Positions 20,219-22,180 of a stretch of DNA of 22,180 nt are shown one piece after another. The notes below the pieces were generated by a model. That model had not been told where the DNA came from. It was given only the letters and a program-made list of their open reading frames with translations, and made no database searches. Position numbers and translations under genes: made by a program. The DNA is from Psammoneis japonica (Eukaryota): assembly GCA_008632985.1 (NCBI GenBank), contig QPGO01000261.1, positions 62,001 to 84,180 of the forward strand, in the 5' to 3' direction. Each line of letters opens with the position of its first letter. Position 1 is the first letter of the stretch.

Positions 20219-22180
20219 CTAACTAGAGATTCCGCTAGATCCAATATTTTGAGCATGAGCATATACTTCCAAACTTGGGGGAATGGGAGGAGTTGTTTCG
20301 TCCAGGCGATGCTCCTCGACGTATCGCACCAGCTCATCTTTCAATGATAATCCATCCCATTCTGGCTTGTCTCGATCACACTTGAGACGTTCAATGAGGT
20401 CTGGCCACAATCTTCCGACTAGATACCTTGCGGGATCATCTATCCGAGCCTCGAGGTAGATCATCCTCTTTAGAGCTGGAGCAAAGTCGTCGACTTTGTC
20501 TAGCTTCCAAAGATACGACAGTATCTTCAAGTTTTTCTGCTCCCGTCGCATCATAAAAGTGTTGAGCTCCATGACACAGTAGCGACTCTCTCGAAAGTTG
20601 GGTGACAATATAATCACGGCATGGGTACACGTATGCGCAGCTTCGAGTAGAGAACGCATCTGGTCTTCCCCAGTTTTCAAGCTTCCATCATCGATGAAGG
20701 TATTGACGCCCAATCTTTTCGTGAGAAGCCAATGCGTAGGACGAGCAATACTCTCTTTGGCATCGATACCGCAGTGCGACAAAAACACATACGGATCGCC
20801 GTCAGGGTCGACCGGCCATTCAAGGTTGGGATTCGTCAGCCCAGCCACTGATAACTCTCCCACAGATGTCTCGATACCATCCAACAGTGCTTGCGTGTGC
20901 AAGCTAGTGACGTTTCGTTCACCAGCTGTACTCGGCGAGACGTAGGTTTGCGAATGACCAGGTATATCTTGTGTCGGATAAAGGTGATTGAGGCGCTCCA
21001 TGATTTTGTCGAGCAACTCATCCTTCCGACCTTTCTTGCTATCATGGAAAGTTCCATCTCCAGCATGGAACACCCTTCCGACTTGAACAACTTCTTTGCA
21101 TACATCACACACGAGACAATCTGTTGTCCTCTCCTCAGCTACTTCAGACCAGTCGAATTCGTGGCACTCATCGACGGCTCTACCGAGCTCAATGCAGCGT
21201 GCACAAGCGAGTACACAGTCGAAATCCAAACCTGGAAAATGATCGTTTCGTTCCGCGATAACAAATTCGACGGCACCTTGTAACAACCTCCACATGCCCC
21301 TGTCAACGCGAGCACCACGAGCTGTGAATACTAACCATGCTTCTCCTTCCATCTCAACAATCTCCGACCGCAAGCGACGGTTGGTGTTCTCGTCGAGGAC
21401 AATCGCGCCATACAGCCATGCACATATGCATTTCCCATGCGCATGAGTCGCGGCGGCAAAATGTGCAGCGAGACTTGGGGGGCATCCTTCCCACATCTTA
21501 AGGCGTAGTTCTTGCTCCTGTTGGCCATCAGACACTAAATTTGGCCACGCCTTTTGCAACTCTTCCGCTTGTACTTTTTTTCGTTGTTGAAAGAGAACCA
21601 CGGGCTTGAGGCCACGCAAACTGTCATCAAGCGAAGATCCAAAAATTACGTCCGAATCCAGAAGCATCTGGAGGATCATTGGGAAGTCCTGGTGATGATT
21701 CACTAGGTCATTCCACAAGAAGGGAAGAATCACGGGATCCAACTCTCCCTTTTCTGCCAGCTTCTTGAGTCCCCCAACTATGAGATTCCGCAGTCCAGCT
21801 GGCGGTCTCATAACTCCTTTTACAAATATTCCAATACTTTTTTGGAAAGCCGGTGATTTTATTTTTTCCAGCGTCAACGTGTGGTCTATGAGAGGTTTGA
21901 TCAAGTCGGTTACAAAAGACGGTTCCAAATACGCCAACCCAGCATCAACAAAAGTACTGCCCTGGGCTTCAAGAAGTCCTAGTGCATCATTGAACGTAGT
22001 GTCCTCAGCCAAGGGGGCGTGCAAGAAACGGAATTGATTCCACAATGACTTGAGCCTCTCAACTGAACAATAAGGTCCTTTTGCAGATCTATCACTTTCG
22101 TCGCCGTCTGCAGTCGTCTTCATATTCCCAATCTCGCCCAATGGGATAGCATCATCGGAACTTGCTACAGAGAAAAGCGC
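20219..22180 (-). CDS. COR-TIR protein (3' part of a probable ROCO gene), 5' end outside the window
   Basis: The frame is open to the window edge (ALFSVASSDDAIPLGE...). COR-like segments: LLEAQGSTF..YLEPSFVTDLIKPLIDH..GELDPVILPFLW..CPPSLAAHF..AWLYGAIV..CVLACARC. TIR domain: YVFLSHCGIDAKESIARP..TFIDDGSLKTGE..AVIILSPNFRESRYCVMEL. Confidence 0.85.
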   Translation of the reverse strand, partial: ALFSVASSDDAIPLGEIGNMKTTADGDESDRSAKGPYCSVERLKSLWNQFRFLHAPLAEDTTFNDALGLLEAQGSTFVDAGLAYLEPSFVTDLIKPLIDHTLTLEKIKSPAFQKSIGIFVKGVMRPPAGLRNLIVGGLKKLAEKGELDPVILPFLWNDLVNHHQDFPMILQMLLDSDVIFGSSLDDSLRGLKPVVLFQQRKKVQAEELQKAWPNLVSDGQQEQELRLKMWEGCPPSLAAHFAAATHAHGKCICAWLYGAIVLDENTNRRLRSEIVEMEGEAWLVFTARGARVDRGMWRLLQGAVEFVIAERNDHFPGLDFDCVLACARCIELGRAVDECHEFDWSEVAEERTTDCLVCDVCKEVVQVGRVFHAGDGTFHDSKKGRKDELLDKIMERLNHLYPTQDIPGHSQTYVSPSTAGERNVTSLHTQALLDGIETSVGELSVAGLTNPNLEWPVDPDGDPYVFLSHCGIDAKESIARPTHWLLTKRLGVNTFIDDGSLKTGEDQMRSLLEAAHTCTHAVIILSPNFRESRYCVMELNTFMMRREQKNLKILSYLWKLDKVDDFAPALKRMIYLEARIDDPARYLVGRLWPDLIERLKCDRDKPEWDGLSLKDELVRYVEEHRLDETTPPIPPSLEVYAHAQNIGSSGISS

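Overview
Eukaryotic DNA, most likely from a diatom (inferred from CoDi-type Ty1/copia proteins and intron-poor genes). The left flank (1-~2930) holds the 5' part of a minus-strand LRR-Roc (ROCO) gene and an RPF1 ribosome-biogenesis gene. Both carry small indels that look like assembly errors. The right flank (~19297-22180) holds the 3' part of a minus-strand COR-TIR (ROCO-type) gene followed by a decayed partial TIR duplicate. Between them lies a sharply bounded ~16.4 kb block of dead, nested copia retrotransposons and unknown gene relics. In this block TpA (and CpG) dinucleotides are almost erased and replaced by TpG/CpA. Conserved Tyr codons have become His/Cys, and duplicated copies resolve the same ancestral TA/CG in opposite directions. 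The few surviving TAs are mostly YTAR. This points to a region-targeted, double-stranded A:T->G:C hypermutation process at TpA, opposite in direction to fungal RIP, and it is the main candidate novel system here. Most ORFs in the supplied track between 2.9 and 19.3 kb are artefacts of TAA/TAG loss. All counts are by eye and no database searches were run.
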